From Bacteroidales bacterium (GTDB lineage: Bacteria; Bacteroidota; Bacteroidia; Bacteroidales; F082): a DNA stretch of 64,000 nucleotides. A model generated the notes under the pieces. It did not search any database. It was not told where the DNA came from and saw only the letters and a program-made list of their open reading frames with translations. The DNA is taken from assembly GCA_024400395.1 (NCBI GenBank), contig JAKSMW010000004.1, positions 34,467 through 98,466 of the forward strand. The letters are read 5' to 3'. Shown in pieces: positions 15,988 through 25,693 of the stretch; within the stretch, counting starts at the first letter, position 1, and each line of letters starts with the position of its first letter. Position numbers and translations under genes: made by a program.

Positions 15988-17862
15988 ATGAAGAAAATAG
16001 AACTTTTATCTCCTGCAAAAAATCTTGAAGTCGGCATCGCTGCCATCAATCACGGTGCTGACGCAGTTTATATCGGCGGCCCGGATTTCGGTGCCCGCGA
16101 GAAAGTCGGCAACAGCATTGAAGACATCGAAAAACTTTGTCGTCATGCCGCCATTTTCGACGCAAAAGTGTATGTAACACTCAATACTTTATTGTTTGAC
16201 AATGAGTTAGAACAGGCTCGCAAGATGGCGTGGGACTGTTGGGACGTCGGCGTTGACGTTCTCATAGTGCAGGACATGGCACTTCTTCAGATGGCAGACA
16301 TGCCTCCGATTGCGTTCCATGCTTCGACGCAGTGTCATAACATCTCCGCTGAAAAAGTAAGGTTTCTTGAAGATGTAGGCTTTTCACAGGTTGTGCTTGC
16401 CAGAGAATTGAATATCAATGAAATAAAAGAGATTCGTTCAAAAACGACGGTGCCTTTGGAGTTCTTCGTTCATGGTGCTTTGTGTGTCTGCTACAGCGGT
16501 CAATGTTATCTGAGCTACGTCATCGGACATCGTTCCGCAAACCGTGGCGCATGTGCACAGCCGTGCCGTCTCGCCTGGAATCTTGAAGATGAAGACGGAC
16601 ACACCTTAATTAATAGCAGGCATCTGCTTTCACTTCGCGATTTGAACAATTCCAAGAATCTTGAAGAACTCATTGATGCCGGAGTTACATCATTTAAAAT
16701 TGAAGGTCGTCTCAAAGATGCTGATTATGTGAAGAATACGACCGCGTTTTATCGCCGTGAAATTGATAAGATTATTGAAAGACGCTCCGATTTGGAACGC
16801 TCGTCGCGTGGCATTTCGGTTCCGGCTTTCGAGCCGAATCTTGAAAAATCGTTCAATCGTGGCTTCAGCGATTATTTTGCTCATGGCCGCCAGAAATACA
16901 TCGATGCGCCTTTCACCCCGAAATCTATGGGTGAATACGTCGGGACGATTGAAAGAATCAATGGAAATAAATTGATTATCAACAGTGATATTGAATTTCA
17001 TAACGGCGACGGTCTTTGTTTTCTCGATAAAAGCAACGAACTCCAGGGATTTTACGTGAACGGTGTTGAAACCGCTCCTCAATCATTCAGAAAAAAAGAA
17101 AACAATCTGTTGATTACTCCGTCCCGTCTGTTCCAAACTATTCCGCCTCACGTCAGGCTTTACCGTAATTTTGACATCGTCTGGCAGAAATCTGTCGAAA
17201 GCTCGACAGGACAACGTAAGGAAAAAATTAGTTTGAGACTTATTGAGAAAGAAAGCGGAATTGAGCTTTTTGTCGCACATCAAAATCTTGAAAATCAAGA
17301 AGTAAGTGCGTCTATGCAATTTGATTTGTCGCAGGCTAACAATCCTGAAAAAGCTATGGACACGATTCGGACAAAGCTCTCGCAGTGGGGCGACACGAAG
17401 TTCATTGTCGAGAATGTTGACATTGATTTCAGTCAGCCGTATTTCATTCCGGCATCGGTGCTCGGCGAACTGAAACGCCAGCTTGTGGTGAAACTCGAAG
17501 ACGCTTTGATTGAAAAGCACAGGCAAGATAGAGAAATCAGAAAATCTCAAAAACAAGACTCTCAATATCCCGAAAAATCGCTTTCGTATTTAGGCAATGT
17601 AACTAATTCTGCGTCACGTCAATTTTATGAAAATCATGGAGTTGAAGAGATTTCAGACGGTTTGGAGAAAGCAATGCCTGATGGAGATGTCGTTGTGATG
17701 ACGACGAAACACTGCATTCGTTACGCCAACGGAATGTGCTCAAAGGAAACCGGCAAACCGGCGACACCTTTATATATATGCAACGACAGAGGCCGTTTCC
17801 GTCTTGACTTCGATTGCAGGAATTGCAGGATGAAGGTGGTTCGTGGAAATTCCTCAAAATAA
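15988..17862 (+). CDS. Peptidase U32 family protein (PrtC/YhbU-like)
   Basis: Contains the U32 signature EFFVHGALCVCYSGQCYLS. 624 aa with a long C-terminal extension. Confidence 0.85.
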   Translation: MKKIELLSPAKNLEVGIAAINHGADAVYIGGPDFGAREKVGNSIEDIEKLCRHAAIFDAKVYVTLNTLLFDNELEQARKMAWDCWDVGVDVLIVQDMALLQMADMPPIAFHASTQCHNISAEKVRFLEDVGFSQVVLARELNINEIKEIRSKTTVPLEFFVHGALCVCYSGQCYLSYVIGHRSANRGACAQPCRLAWNLEDEDGHTLINSRHLLSLRDLNNSKNLEELIDAGVTSFKIEGRLKDADYVKNTTAFYRREIDKIIERRSDLERSSRGISVPAFEPNLEKSFNRGFSDYFAHGRQKYIDAPFTPKSMGEYVGTIERINGNKLIINSDIEFHNGDGLCFLDKSNELQGFYVNGVETAPQSFRKKENNLLITPSRLFQTIPPHVRLYRNFDIVWQKSVESSTGQRKEKISLRLIEKESGIELFVAHQNLENQEVSASMQFDLSQANNPEKAMDTIRTKLSQWGDTKFIVENVDIDFSQPYFIPASVLGELKRQLVVKLEDALIEKHRQDREIRKSQKQDSQYPEKSLSYLGNVTNSASRQFYENHGVEEISDGLEKAMPDGDVVVMTTKHCIRYANGMCSKETGKPATPLYICNDRGRFRLDFDCRNCRMKVVRGNSSK

Positions 17863-17863
17863 A

Positions 17864-19288
17864 TCAATTTCTAAACAAGTCATCCAACGTTACATCGTTC
17901 TGTATCATTGATGAATAGGCGTTGGTTTTAAGTCCGTACGTCGTTACCATTGTGAGGTGGAGAGCTTTTCTTGTCTTGGTTTTTATACGGAAAAGTTCCA
18001 TTCTGTTGAGCATTTCGTCACAGTATTTTTTTGTGACAGTATATTCGTTAAGGGAATATTTCATTTCGCATAGGTTGATGACCTGATCGCGACGGTCAAT
18101 CACGAGGTCAATCTGACCGCCATCGTATTCATTGTCTTTGGGGCAATACCATGAAAACGTGTCGGTGAGTACGCCGCTGATTCCTAATTTGTTCTTAATC
18201 TGTGAGATATGGTGCAAACAAAGTTGTTCAAAAGCATAGCCGCTCCACACCCTACGTTCTGGCGAGTCAACCATATTGGTCCAAAGATGTTCGTCATTGT
18301 GTTTGGAGCCGGCAATAAATTTGTGATGGAACAATGTAAAAAAGTCCGTAAGTTGGAAAATGGCATCTCGTTCCTTTTTTTCAAAAGGCGTGTATTTTCT
18401 GATGAAATCACAATCGCAAAGATCGTTTAAGACTTTTGTCAAAGAGCCGCCATCATTGATATTCAACGATTTGATGATTTCACCACGAGTCAGGCCGTTC
18501 GATTTTGTTTCGAGTAATCCGATTATTTTTTCATACAATGTGGAATCTTTGAAGAGCGAACGGAAAAGGAATCGGTACTCGTCTCTCAATTCAGCGTTTT
18601 TTGAAAACATTATATCATCGATGTTTTGCGGAAGGCTGCGTCCTTTTTGCAACATTTTCAAATAATACGGCACGCCTCCGAAAATCATGTACGCTTCGGA
18701 AATCTGATAGCGATTCCATACAATTCCCTTTGATTTTAAATAAGTTTCAGTTTCGTAAAGATTGAACATCGACAGTTTTATTTTTCTTGTAACGCGGTTG
18801 TAAAGTCCGCCTTTGCTGCCGAAAATGTTTGAAATCATCCATGTCGTCGCCGAGCCGCAGATAATCAATTTAATATTTGGATGTGCCGAAGCGTAACTGT
18901 TCCAAAAAAATTCAAAAGCCTTTAAAAACCTTGAACGCGGTGTGTCGAACCATGGCAATTCGTCAAGAAATATTATGATTTTTTCTTTGTCAAGTGTTGA
19001 TATATAATGTTTTAGATGGTCGAAAGCGTCAAACCAATTGTCAACGATAGGGTATGGGATTTTTGAATAATCGCAAAGTTGCTTGTGAAAAGCTGCAAGT
19101 TGCTCTTTTTTTGTTCCTTCATAAATTCCTGTCGCATAAAAATCAAAATTGTCGTTGCAATAATTTCTAACAAGAAATGTCTTGCCGACTCTGCGGCGTC
19201 CGTAAACCGCAATCAATTCAGCCTCACGTGATTCGAAGCAGTTTTTCAATGTTTCCTGCTCTTTTTCTCTTCCGATAATGTTCTCCAT
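17864..19288 (-). CDS. Orphan AAA+ ATPase (archaeal-ATPase/DUF234-like) with C-terminal PD-(D/E)xK-like motif
   Basis: Walker A YGRRRVGKT and Walker B IIIFLDELP. C-terminal GGQIDLVIDRRDQVINLCEMK gives D394...E408-x-K410 (nt 18059-18109). The gene is visibly AT-rich. Confidence 0.75.
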   Translation of the reverse strand: MENIIGREKEQETLKNCFESREAELIAVYGRRRVGKTFLVRNYCNDNFDFYATGIYEGTKKEQLAAFHKQLCDYSKIPYPIVDNWFDAFDHLKHYISTLDKEKIIIFLDELPWFDTPRSRFLKAFEFFWNSYASAHPNIKLIICGSATTWMISNIFGSKGGLYNRVTRKIKLSMFNLYETETYLKSKGIVWNRYQISEAYMIFGGVPYYLKMLQKGRSLPQNIDDIMFSKNAELRDEYRFLFRSLFKDSTLYEKIIGLLETKSNGLTRGEIIKSLNINDGGSLTKVLNDLCDCDFIRKYTPFEKKERDAIFQLTDFFTLFHHKFIAGSKHNDEHLWTNMVDSPERRVWSGYAFEQLCLHHISQIKNKLGISGVLTDTFSWYCPKDNEYDGGQIDLVIDRRDQVINLCEMKYSLNEYTVTKKYCDEMLNRMELFRIKTKTRKALHLTMVTTYGLKTNAYSSMIQNDVTLDDLFRN

Positions 19289-19307
19289 TGTAAATTATTT
19301 TTCGCTG

Positions 19308-19315
19308 CAAATATA
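19308..19315 (-). promoter_or_regulatory. -7 promoter box TATATTTG
   Basis: Exact match on the minus strand, 19 nt before ATG 19288 (DUF234-like ATPase). Confidence 0.5.
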
Positions 19316-19324
19316 CAAAAAATA

Positions 19325-19486
19325 CAGTTACCGCCAAGCTTCAAGAAAAAATATTCGCTGTAACTATATTTTTAAAACCACTTACCGCCATACTTCAAGA
19401 AAAAATGTTTGCTGTAACTATGTTTTTAAAACCACTTACCGCCATGTTTCAAGAATAAATGTTTGCTGTAACTAAATAAATATTTT
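19325..19486. repeat. Three tandem 54-bp units
   Basis: (C)A(G/C)TTACCGCCA...CTTCAAGAAAAAATGTTTGCTGTAACTATGTTTTTAAAAC repeats at 19325, 19379 and 19433. Each unit contains the inverted pair AGTTAC/GTAACT. Confidence 0.9.
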
Positions 19487-19510
19487 TTTCACGCACTTGA
19501 TAAAATTGTG

Positions 19511-19518
19511 TATTTTTG
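19511..19518 (+). promoter_or_regulatory. -7 promoter box TATTTTTG
   Basis: Exact match, 36 nt before ATG 19555 (aspS). Confidence 0.55.
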
Positions 19519-19554
19519 CACCTTATTATTAATGGAACAAAATATTTAGATTAT

Positions 19555-21312
19555 ATGTTTAGGACTAACACTTGCGGTGAACTTCGTATGGCAAACGTGG
19601 GCCAGGAAGTCACTTTGAGCGGATGGGTGCAGCGCGTGCGCGACAAAGGCGCATTAGTCTGGATTGACCTCCGCGACCGTTACGGAATAACACAACTCTT
19701 TCTGCAAGAAGGAGTTACTTCAGCTGAAACTTTGAAAACCGCCCGCGAAATCGGACGCGAATACGTCATCCAGGCGAAAGGCACAGTGGTTGAACGCGAA
19801 TCGAAAAACCCGAAGAACCCGACTGGCGACATCGAGATAAAAGTTGACAGCATAAAAATCCTCACGACTTCAAAGGTGCCGCCTTTCACAATCGAGGACC
19901 AGTCGGACGGCGGCGACGACATCCGTATGAAATACCGTTACCTCGACCTTCGCCGTAACCCTGTCAAGAATAACATCATCCTCCGCCATAACATGGCCCA
20001 GGAAGTTCGTAAATATCTGTCAGGCAATGACTTCCTCGAAATCGAGACACCTTGTCTCATCAAGTCAACACCTGAGGGCGCACGCGACTTCGTCGTCCCG
20101 TCGAGGATGAACCCGGGCGAGTTCTACGCTCTCCCGCAGTCACCGCAGCAGTTCAAGCAGCTCCTCATGGTCTCCGGCTTCGACCGTTACTTCCAGATTG
20201 TGCGCTGCTTCCGCGATGAAGACCTCCGCGCCGACCGCCAGCCAGAGTTCACTCAGATCGACTGCGAGATGTCGTTCGTAGAGCAGGAAGACGTCATCAA
20301 CATGTTCGAAGGCCTCGCGAAACATCTCTTCAAGACTATCAAAAGTCTCGAATTCGGTGATTTCCCGCGCATGACATGGCACGACGCGATGAAATATTAC
20401 GGCAGCGACAAGCCGGACATCCGTTTCGGAATGAAGTTCGTCGAACTCAACGATGTCGCCAAAGGCCACGGATTCTCTGTGTTTGATGAAGCTGAACTCG
20501 TTGTCGCCATCAACGCCGAGGGTTGCGCTAACTACACGCGCAAGCAGACCGACGCCTTGACCGATTTCGTGAAACGTCCGCAGGTCGGGGCGAAAGGCCT
20601 CGTCTATGTGAAATACAACGAAGACGGCTCAATCAAGTCATCTGTAGATAAATTTTATACACCTGAGATTCTTAAGACATGGCTCGACAAATGCGGTGCG
20701 AAGCCTGGCGACATGCTTCTCATCATGAGTGGCAAGGCGATGCCGGTGAGGGTGCAGATGAACGCCCTTCGTCTTGAGATGGGCAACCAGCTTGGACTTC
20801 GCGATCCGTATAATTACAAACCGTTGTGGGTCATCGACTTTCCGCTTCTTGAATGGGACGAGGAGACACAGCGTTTCTATGCGATGCACCACCCGTTCAC
20901 GGCACCGAAACCAGAGGACGAATATCTTCTCGAACAGCCGGAACGTTGGGGTGACATCCGCGCCAACGCATACGACATTGTTCTCAACGGCGTTGAGGTC
21001 GGCGGCGGCTCGGTGCGTATCCACGACAAGAACCTCCAGAGGAAGATGTTCCACACGCTCGGTTTCACCGACGAGAAGGCGCAGGAGCAGTTCGGCTTCC
21101 TGATGAACGCCTTCGAATACGGCGCGCCGCCTCACGCAGGACTCGCTTTCGGCTTCGACCGTCTCTGCTCGTTGTTCGGCGGCCAGGACAGCATCCGCGA
21201 CTTCATCGCTTTCCCGAAGAACAACCAGGGCCGCGATGTCATGGCGGAGTCGCCATCACAAATTTCACAGGAGCAGCTGGATGAACTTCAGATTAAAGTT
21301 GATTTAAAATAG
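19555..21312 (+). CDS. aspS: Aspartate--tRNA ligase
   Basis: Start [11 protein letters not shown] (ATG 19555) lies 36 nt after a -7 box. Class II motifs [34 protein letters not shown] and GGGSVRIH...GLAFGFDRL are present. Confidence 0.95.
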   Translation: MFRTNTCGELRMANVGQEVTLSGWVQRVRDKGALVWIDLRDRYGITQLFLQEGVTSAETLKTAREIGREYVIQAKGTVVERESKNPKNPTGDIEIKVDSIKILTTSKVPPFTIEDQSDGGDDIRMKYRYLDLRRNPVKNNIILRHNMAQEVRKYLSGNDFLEIETPCLIKSTPEGARDFVVPSRMNPGEFYALPQSPQQFKQLLMVSGFDRYFQIVRCFRDEDLRADRQPEFTQIDCEMSFVEQEDVINMFEGLAKHLFKTIKSLEFGDFPRMTWHDAMKYYGSDKPDIRFGMKFVELNDVAKGHGFSVFDEAELVVAINAEGCANYTRKQTDALTDFVKRPQVGAKGLVYVKYNEDGSIKSSVDKFYTPEILKTWLDKCGAKPGDMLLIMSGKAMPVRVQMNALRLEMGNQLGLRDPYNYKPLWVIDFPLLEWDEETQRFYAMHHPFTAPKPEDEYLLEQPERWGDIRANAYDIVLNGVEVGGGSVRIHDKNLQRKMFHTLGFTDEKAQEQFGFLMNAFEYGAPPHAGLAFGFDRLCSLFGGQDSIRDFIAFPKNNQGRDVMAESPSQISQEQLDELQIKVDLK

Positions 21313-21400
21313 GAGTTTAAGGAGCTTGAGAAGTCTTAGGAGTTTGAGGAATCCAAACGCCTAAACACCTCAAGCACCTAAATACCTCAAATACCTAATA
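21311..21400. repeat. Composite direct/inverted repeat element between aspS and pfkA
   Basis: AGGAG(T/C)TT(A/G)AG occurs three times, then (C)ACCT(C/A)AA(G/T) occurs four times, and the two repeat types are largely complementary. The core hairpin is GCTTGAG..TTAGG.GTTTG-loop-CAAAC.CCTAA..CTCAAGC at 21324-21375. Confidence 0.8.
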
Positions 21401-21405
21401 TCCTT

Positions 21406-22500
21406 ATGAAAAGAGTATTAATTACAACTGGCGGCGGCGATTGCCCTGGTTTGAACGCCGTGATCCGCGCCATAGTGAAAAGGGCGTCCCAGGAGAGAGA
21501 CTGGGAGGTCTTGGGCAGTATTCAGGCTTTCAATGGGGTGCTTTGGACTCCACAAGAGATTGTCAAACTGACACCTGAAGCCGTGCGCGGCATTCATTTC
21601 CGCGGCGGCACTATAATCGAAACGACAAACAAGGGCGGCCCGTTCTCATGGCCGGTGAAGAAAAACGACGGCACGTGGGAGACCGTTGACCGCTCCGACG
21701 AGATGATACAACGACTTGAATACATGGGCGTTGACTGCGTCATCAACATAGGCGGCGACGGCTCGCAGCGCATCTCGCAGAAACTCTTCGAGAAAGGTCT
21801 GAACATCATCGGCGTGCCGAAGACCATCGACAACGACCTCTCGATGACCGACTGCACCTTCGGCTTCCAGACCGCCGTCCAGATCGCGACGGAGGCCGTC
21901 GATAAGCTCGTGACGACTTCGGCGAGTCACAACCGCGTGTTCGTGCTTGAAGTCATGGGCCGTGATGCCGGCTGGATTGCGCTGAACGCGGCGGTGGCCG
22001 GCGGAGCGGAGGTGTGCCTCATCCCGGAATTCCCGTACGACATCAACATCGTGAAGGAACGTCTTGAAAGCCGTTTCGTCAACGACCGCGGCTCCGCCAT
22101 CGTCGTCATCAGCGAAGGCGCGAAGCCGAAAGACGGACAGCAAATATTTGAAGTGAGCAAGGAGGTCGGATACGAGAACGTGAGGCTCGGCGGCATCGGC
22201 GTGAAATTCATCGAACAGATGAAAGCCGCCGGTTTCCAGCACGATATGCGTGAGACGACACTCGGTCACCTGCAACGCGGCGGCGTGCCGGTGGCCTACG
22301 ACCGCGTGCTTGCGTCGCAGTTTGGCGTGAAGGCGTTCGAGATGGTGCTCAACAAGGAATACGGCAACATGGTGGCGTATCGTCACCCGAATGTCATCAG
22401 TGTGCCGATCAAAGACGCCGTGGCGAAGATGAACTTCGTGCAGCCCGACTGCGACCTGGTCAAGACCGCAAGAGGACTTGGAATCTCCTTCGGAGTTTAG
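21406..22500 (+). CDS. pfkA: 6-phosphofructokinase
   Basis: MKRVLITTGGGDCPGLNAVIRAIV, IGGDGS, GVPKTIDNDL and MGRDAGWIAL motifs. Confidence 0.9.
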   Translation: MKRVLITTGGGDCPGLNAVIRAIVKRASQERDWEVLGSIQAFNGVLWTPQEIVKLTPEAVRGIHFRGGTIIETTNKGGPFSWPVKKNDGTWETVDRSDEMIQRLEYMGVDCVINIGGDGSQRISQKLFEKGLNIIGVPKTIDNDLSMTDCTFGFQTAVQIATEAVDKLVTTSASHNRVFVLEVMGRDAGWIALNAAVAGGAEVCLIPEFPYDINIVKERLESRFVNDRGSAIVVISEGAKPKDGQQIFEVSKEVGYENVRLGGIGVKFIEQMKAAGFQHDMRETTLGHLQRGGVPVAYDRVLASQFGVKAFEMVLNKEYGNMVAYRHPNVISVPIKDAVAKMNFVQPDCDLVKTARGLGISFGV

Positions 22501-22502
22501 AA

Positions 22503-23759
22503 CTACAGGATATTCATCCGGTTCGCATCTTGTTTCAGGAAGACGAAAATCATTATCGAGAACATCAAAAGGCTTGAGCCTCCGTAACTTAAGAATGGCA
22601 ATGGGATGCCGATGACTGGCACAAGTCCTATTGTCATTCCTATATTAATGGCGAAGTGGAAGAAGAAGATACATGCGATGCCATAACCGTATATCCTGCT
22701 GAAAGGCGATCGTTGCCGTTCGGCTAACGTGATGACCCTCAACATCAAAGCGAGATAAAGACATATCAAGACAAAGCAACCGACGAACCCTGACTCTTCA
22801 CCGACGGTGCAGAAGATGAAGTCGGTGTGCTGTTCCGGGACGAAGTTGTATTTCGTCATCGTGCCTTGCAGATAGCCTTTGCCGAGGAAGCCGCCGGAGC
22901 CGATTGCGATTTTCGACTGGTTCAGGTTGTATCCCACGCCTCTGATGTCCTGTTCTTTTCCGAGAATTATGTTGATACGGGTCTGCTGGTGCGGCTTCAG
23001 AATGCTGTGAAATGCGAAGTCAACGGAAAAGATGAACGCTATCGCCGCAACAAGAATCGTTGTGACGATTATTATGTTTTTCCTTGTCCTGTCCATCAGC
23101 CAGAGGAAGATCCCGTAAATAACTGTAACTCCGATCATTACGTACCATTTTTTGAAGCAGAGTGTCAGCACGAAAAGCACGATGGCGGCGACTCCGGTGA
23201 TGAGCAGTTTTCCGCCCATCCCTTCGCGGTAAAGCACCAAGAGGAAGGTGAAGAAAACGAGAGCCGAGCCTGCGTCGCCCTGTGCGAGGACAAACAGCAT
23301 CGGAAACATCACGATTGCGTAGGCTGTCAGTTGTGTCTTGCGGTTGCGGGTGTCGGTGTCCAATTTCCCGAGATAGTGCGCCAGCGCGAGTGCCGTCCCG
23401 AATTTCGCAAATTCAGAAGGCTGGAACGATACCGGTCCTAACTGAATCCATGATGTGGATCCCGAAATCTTTGATCCCACGAGGAGCACTAAAATAAGGC
23501 AAAGTATTGACAATGCGTAAAATACAAATGCGAAAGTGTTGAAAAACTTGGCATCGATTAAAAGGATGATATAACCGACAACCAAGCTCACACCTATGAA
23601 AAGCAGCTGTTTGCCGTAGTTTTGTGTGAGGTCGTAGATGTGCGGGCAGTCGTCGTTGTAAGCGGCGGCGTAGATACTCAAAAATCCTATCGTCACCAAC
23701 GCTAAATATATGAGCAGCAACCATATATCTATTTTACCTATAATAGTCTTATTTCTCAT
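22503..23759 (-). CDS. rodA: Rod shape-determining protein RodA (SEDS family)
   Basis: 418-aa polytopic membrane protein. PSEFAKF and FLSYGGSS SEDS motifs. Overlaps mrdA by 4 nt. Confidence 0.9.
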   Translation of the reverse strand: MRNKTIIGKIDIWLLLIYLALVTIGFLSIYAAAYNDDCPHIYDLTQNYGKQLLFIGVSLVVGYIILLIDAKFFNTFAFVFYALSILCLILVLLVGSKISGSTSWIQLGPVSFQPSEFAKFGTALALAHYLGKLDTDTRNRKTQLTAYAIVMFPMLFVLAQGDAGSALVFFTFLLVLYREGMGGKLLITGVAAIVLFVLTLCFKKWYVMIGVTVIYGIFLWLMDRTRKNIIIVTTILVAAIAFIFSVDFAFHSILKPHQQTRINIILGKEQDIRGVGYNLNQSKIAIGSGGFLGKGYLQGTMTKYNFVPEQHTDFIFCTVGEESGFVGCFVLICLYLALMLRVITLAERQRSPFSRIYGYGIACIFFFHFAINIGMTIGLVPVIGIPLPFLSYGGSSLLMFSIMIFVFLKQDANRMNIL

Positions 23760-25573
23760 TTTTCATCTTTTTTAGTTATGATTCTATCTTCGACCCATGT
23801 GCGTTTCACATAGCCGCGTATGTATTTTTCCATCATCAGTGATGCGATAGGCGCCGCCCATGTGGAACCGAAACCGGCGTTTTCGACGATTACCGCCACG
23901 GCGATCTGCGGGTTCTCGACCGGTGCGAATCCCATGAAGATGGAGTGGTCAAGTCCGTGCGGGTTCTGTGCGGTGCCGGTCTTTCCGCCGACGGAGATGC
24001 TGTCGATTCGTGAGTAACGCGCCGTCCCGTGGTCGCCTTCGAAAACGCTCTGCATACCCGCTTTCACGTCTCTGAAATGTTTCCGGTCTATGTTGATGAC
24101 GTTTTTGGTTGTCAGGGCGGAATCAATGGGCGTGCCGTCGGCGAATGCCCTGATGTAATGAGGTGTGTAGAAAAACCCTTCGTTTCCTATGGCGGTGGCG
24201 ATGTTGGCGAGTTGCAGCGGCGTGACGAGGATCTCACCTTGCCCGATGCTTAACGAACGGATTGTCATCGAGTTCCATCTGCCATTATAAACCTTGTCGT
24301 AAAACGCCCTTGACGGGATATTGCCGGAAACGACATAAGGTATGTCGGTCTTGAACGCTTTCCCGAGTCCGAAACTTGTCACCAATCCATACCAGAATTC
24401 GTATGCTTCTTTTGAGTTTTTGAAACGCGACGACCCGATCATGTCGCGGAAGGCCTGCCAGAAATACGGGTTGCAGGAGTTCTCGATGGCGTCGTGGAGC
24501 TTCACCGGCGTGCGGTGATGGTGCGTGCATTTGATGGGCGTGCTTTTCGGGCCGTTGCAGGGATACTCGCTGTCGCTGTTGATGACGCCGCTCTGCAATG
24601 CTACTAATCCGTTCACCATCTTGAATGTCGAGCCGGGAGGATACGTGCCGCTTATAGCTCTGTTAATCAATGGTTTCTGCGGGTCAACAAGGAGTTTGTT
24701 GTAATTTGCCGAGCGTTGGCGTCCGACGAGTTCGTTGGGGTCGTAGGCAGGGTTTGACACCATGGCGAGGATTTGCCCGGTCGCAGGCTCGATGGCGACG
24801 ATGGAGCCGGTCTTGCCTTGCATCAGAAACTCACCGTACGCCTGGAGTTCGGCGTCCATGCCGAGGATGATGTCCTTGCCCGCTTCAGGCAAAGTGTCGT
24901 AACGTCCTTCCATGAAACGCTCCTTTTCTCGGTTGTGAACATCGACAACGACGATTTTCAAGCCTTTCTTGCCGCGAAGCTCACGCTCGTATGAACTCTC
25001 AATGCCGGATTTCCCGATGTAGTCGCCAATTTTGTAATAATGGTCTTTCTCAATATCATTTTTGTTCACCTCTCCGATGCTGCCGAATGTGTGTGCAGCA
25101 ATAGCTTCGGGATATTGCCGCAGCGAACGTGTCTGGAAATAAAATCCAGGATAATGATACATCATCTCGGCGATATGGCCGTATTCTTCCTTACCGATCT
25201 GCGAGATGAACACCGAAGGAGTCACCGGTGAATATTTTTTTGCTTTTTCGTAAAGTTTGTTATATGTTTCATTGCTGATATTCAATAATTTACAAAATGA
25301 ACTTGTGTCAATGTCACGCGCCATCCTCGGTATGATGATGAGATCATAAACCGCATCGTTGAAAACCAAAAGCTTCCCGTTGCGGTCGTAAACCTTTCCT
25401 CTTGCCGGATATTGCGTGATGTGACGGAGCGTGTTGTTGTCGGATGAACGCTTGTAAGAATCATCCAAAACCTGTATTGAAAAGAGCTTGATAATTATAA
25501 TGACGGCGACGGCGACAAACGTCGTTGTTATCACATACCGTCGGCCTGAATAATTTATCTTGTTCTTAATCAT
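23756..25573 (-). CDS. mrdA: Penicillin-binding protein 2
   Basis: N-terminal TM anchor. Transpeptidase motifs PGSTFK, a SxN-type motif and KTGTAQ. Confidence 0.9.
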   Translation of the reverse strand: MIKNKINYSGRRYVITTTFVAVAVIIIIKLFSIQVLDDSYKRSSDNNTLRHITQYPARGKVYDRNGKLLVFNDAVYDLIIIPRMARDIDTSSFCKLLNISNETYNKLYEKAKKYSPVTPSVFISQIGKEEYGHIAEMMYHYPGFYFQTRSLRQYPEAIAAHTFGSIGEVNKNDIEKDHYYKIGDYIGKSGIESSYERELRGKKGLKIVVVDVHNREKERFMEGRYDTLPEAGKDIILGMDAELQAYGEFLMQGKTGSIVAIEPATGQILAMVSNPAYDPNELVGRQRSANYNKLLVDPQKPLINRAISGTYPPGSTFKMVNGLVALQSGVINSDSEYPCNGPKSTPIKCTHHHRTPVKLHDAIENSCNPYFWQAFRDMIGSSRFKNSKEAYEFWYGLVTSFGLGKAFKTDIPYVVSGNIPSRAFYDKVYNGRWNSMTIRSLSIGQGEILVTPLQLANIATAIGNEGFFYTPHYIRAFADGTPIDSALTTKNVINIDRKHFRDVKAGMQSVFEGDHGTARYSRIDSISVGGKTGTAQNPHGLDHSIFMGFAPVENPQIAVAVIVENAGFGSTWAAPIASLMMEKYIRGYVKRTWVEDRIITKKDEK

Positions 25574-25611
25574 AATGTTACAAATTTATTTTGCATATTT
25601 CTTTTATGATG

Positions 25612-25619
25612 CAAAATTA
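25612..25619 (-). promoter_or_regulatory. -7 promoter box TAATTTTG
   Basis: Exact match on the minus strand, 38 nt before ATG 25573 (mrdA). An alternative box TAAATTTG lies at 25581-25588. Confidence 0.5.
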
Positions 25620-25662
25620 TAAAAAGTTTGAAAAAAAAGATTTGCGATTTTGAAAAATATTG

Positions 25663-25670
25663 TATTTTTG
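25663..25670 (+). promoter_or_regulatory. -7 promoter box TATTTTTG
   Basis: Exact match, 23 nt before TTG 25694 (lipoprotein-wza-wzc-upxY operon). Confidence 0.5.
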
Positions 25671-25693
25671 CAAATTGTCAAAATTGTTATATT

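Noticed and set aside
17862-17864. Convergent gene pairs with no terminator space: 17862/17864, 22500/22503, and 9-bp overlaps at 30102-30110 and 57496-57504.
   Set aside because: This is real in the sequence, but compact convergent ends are common in dense bacterial genomes. There is no specific functional inference beyond possible transcriptional interference.
19278-19475. 65-aa ORF with internally repeated peptide (YRQASRKNIRCNY..YRHTSRKNVCCNY..).
   Set aside because: It is simply the translation of the 54-bp tandem DNA repeats. It overlaps the ATPase start and promoter.
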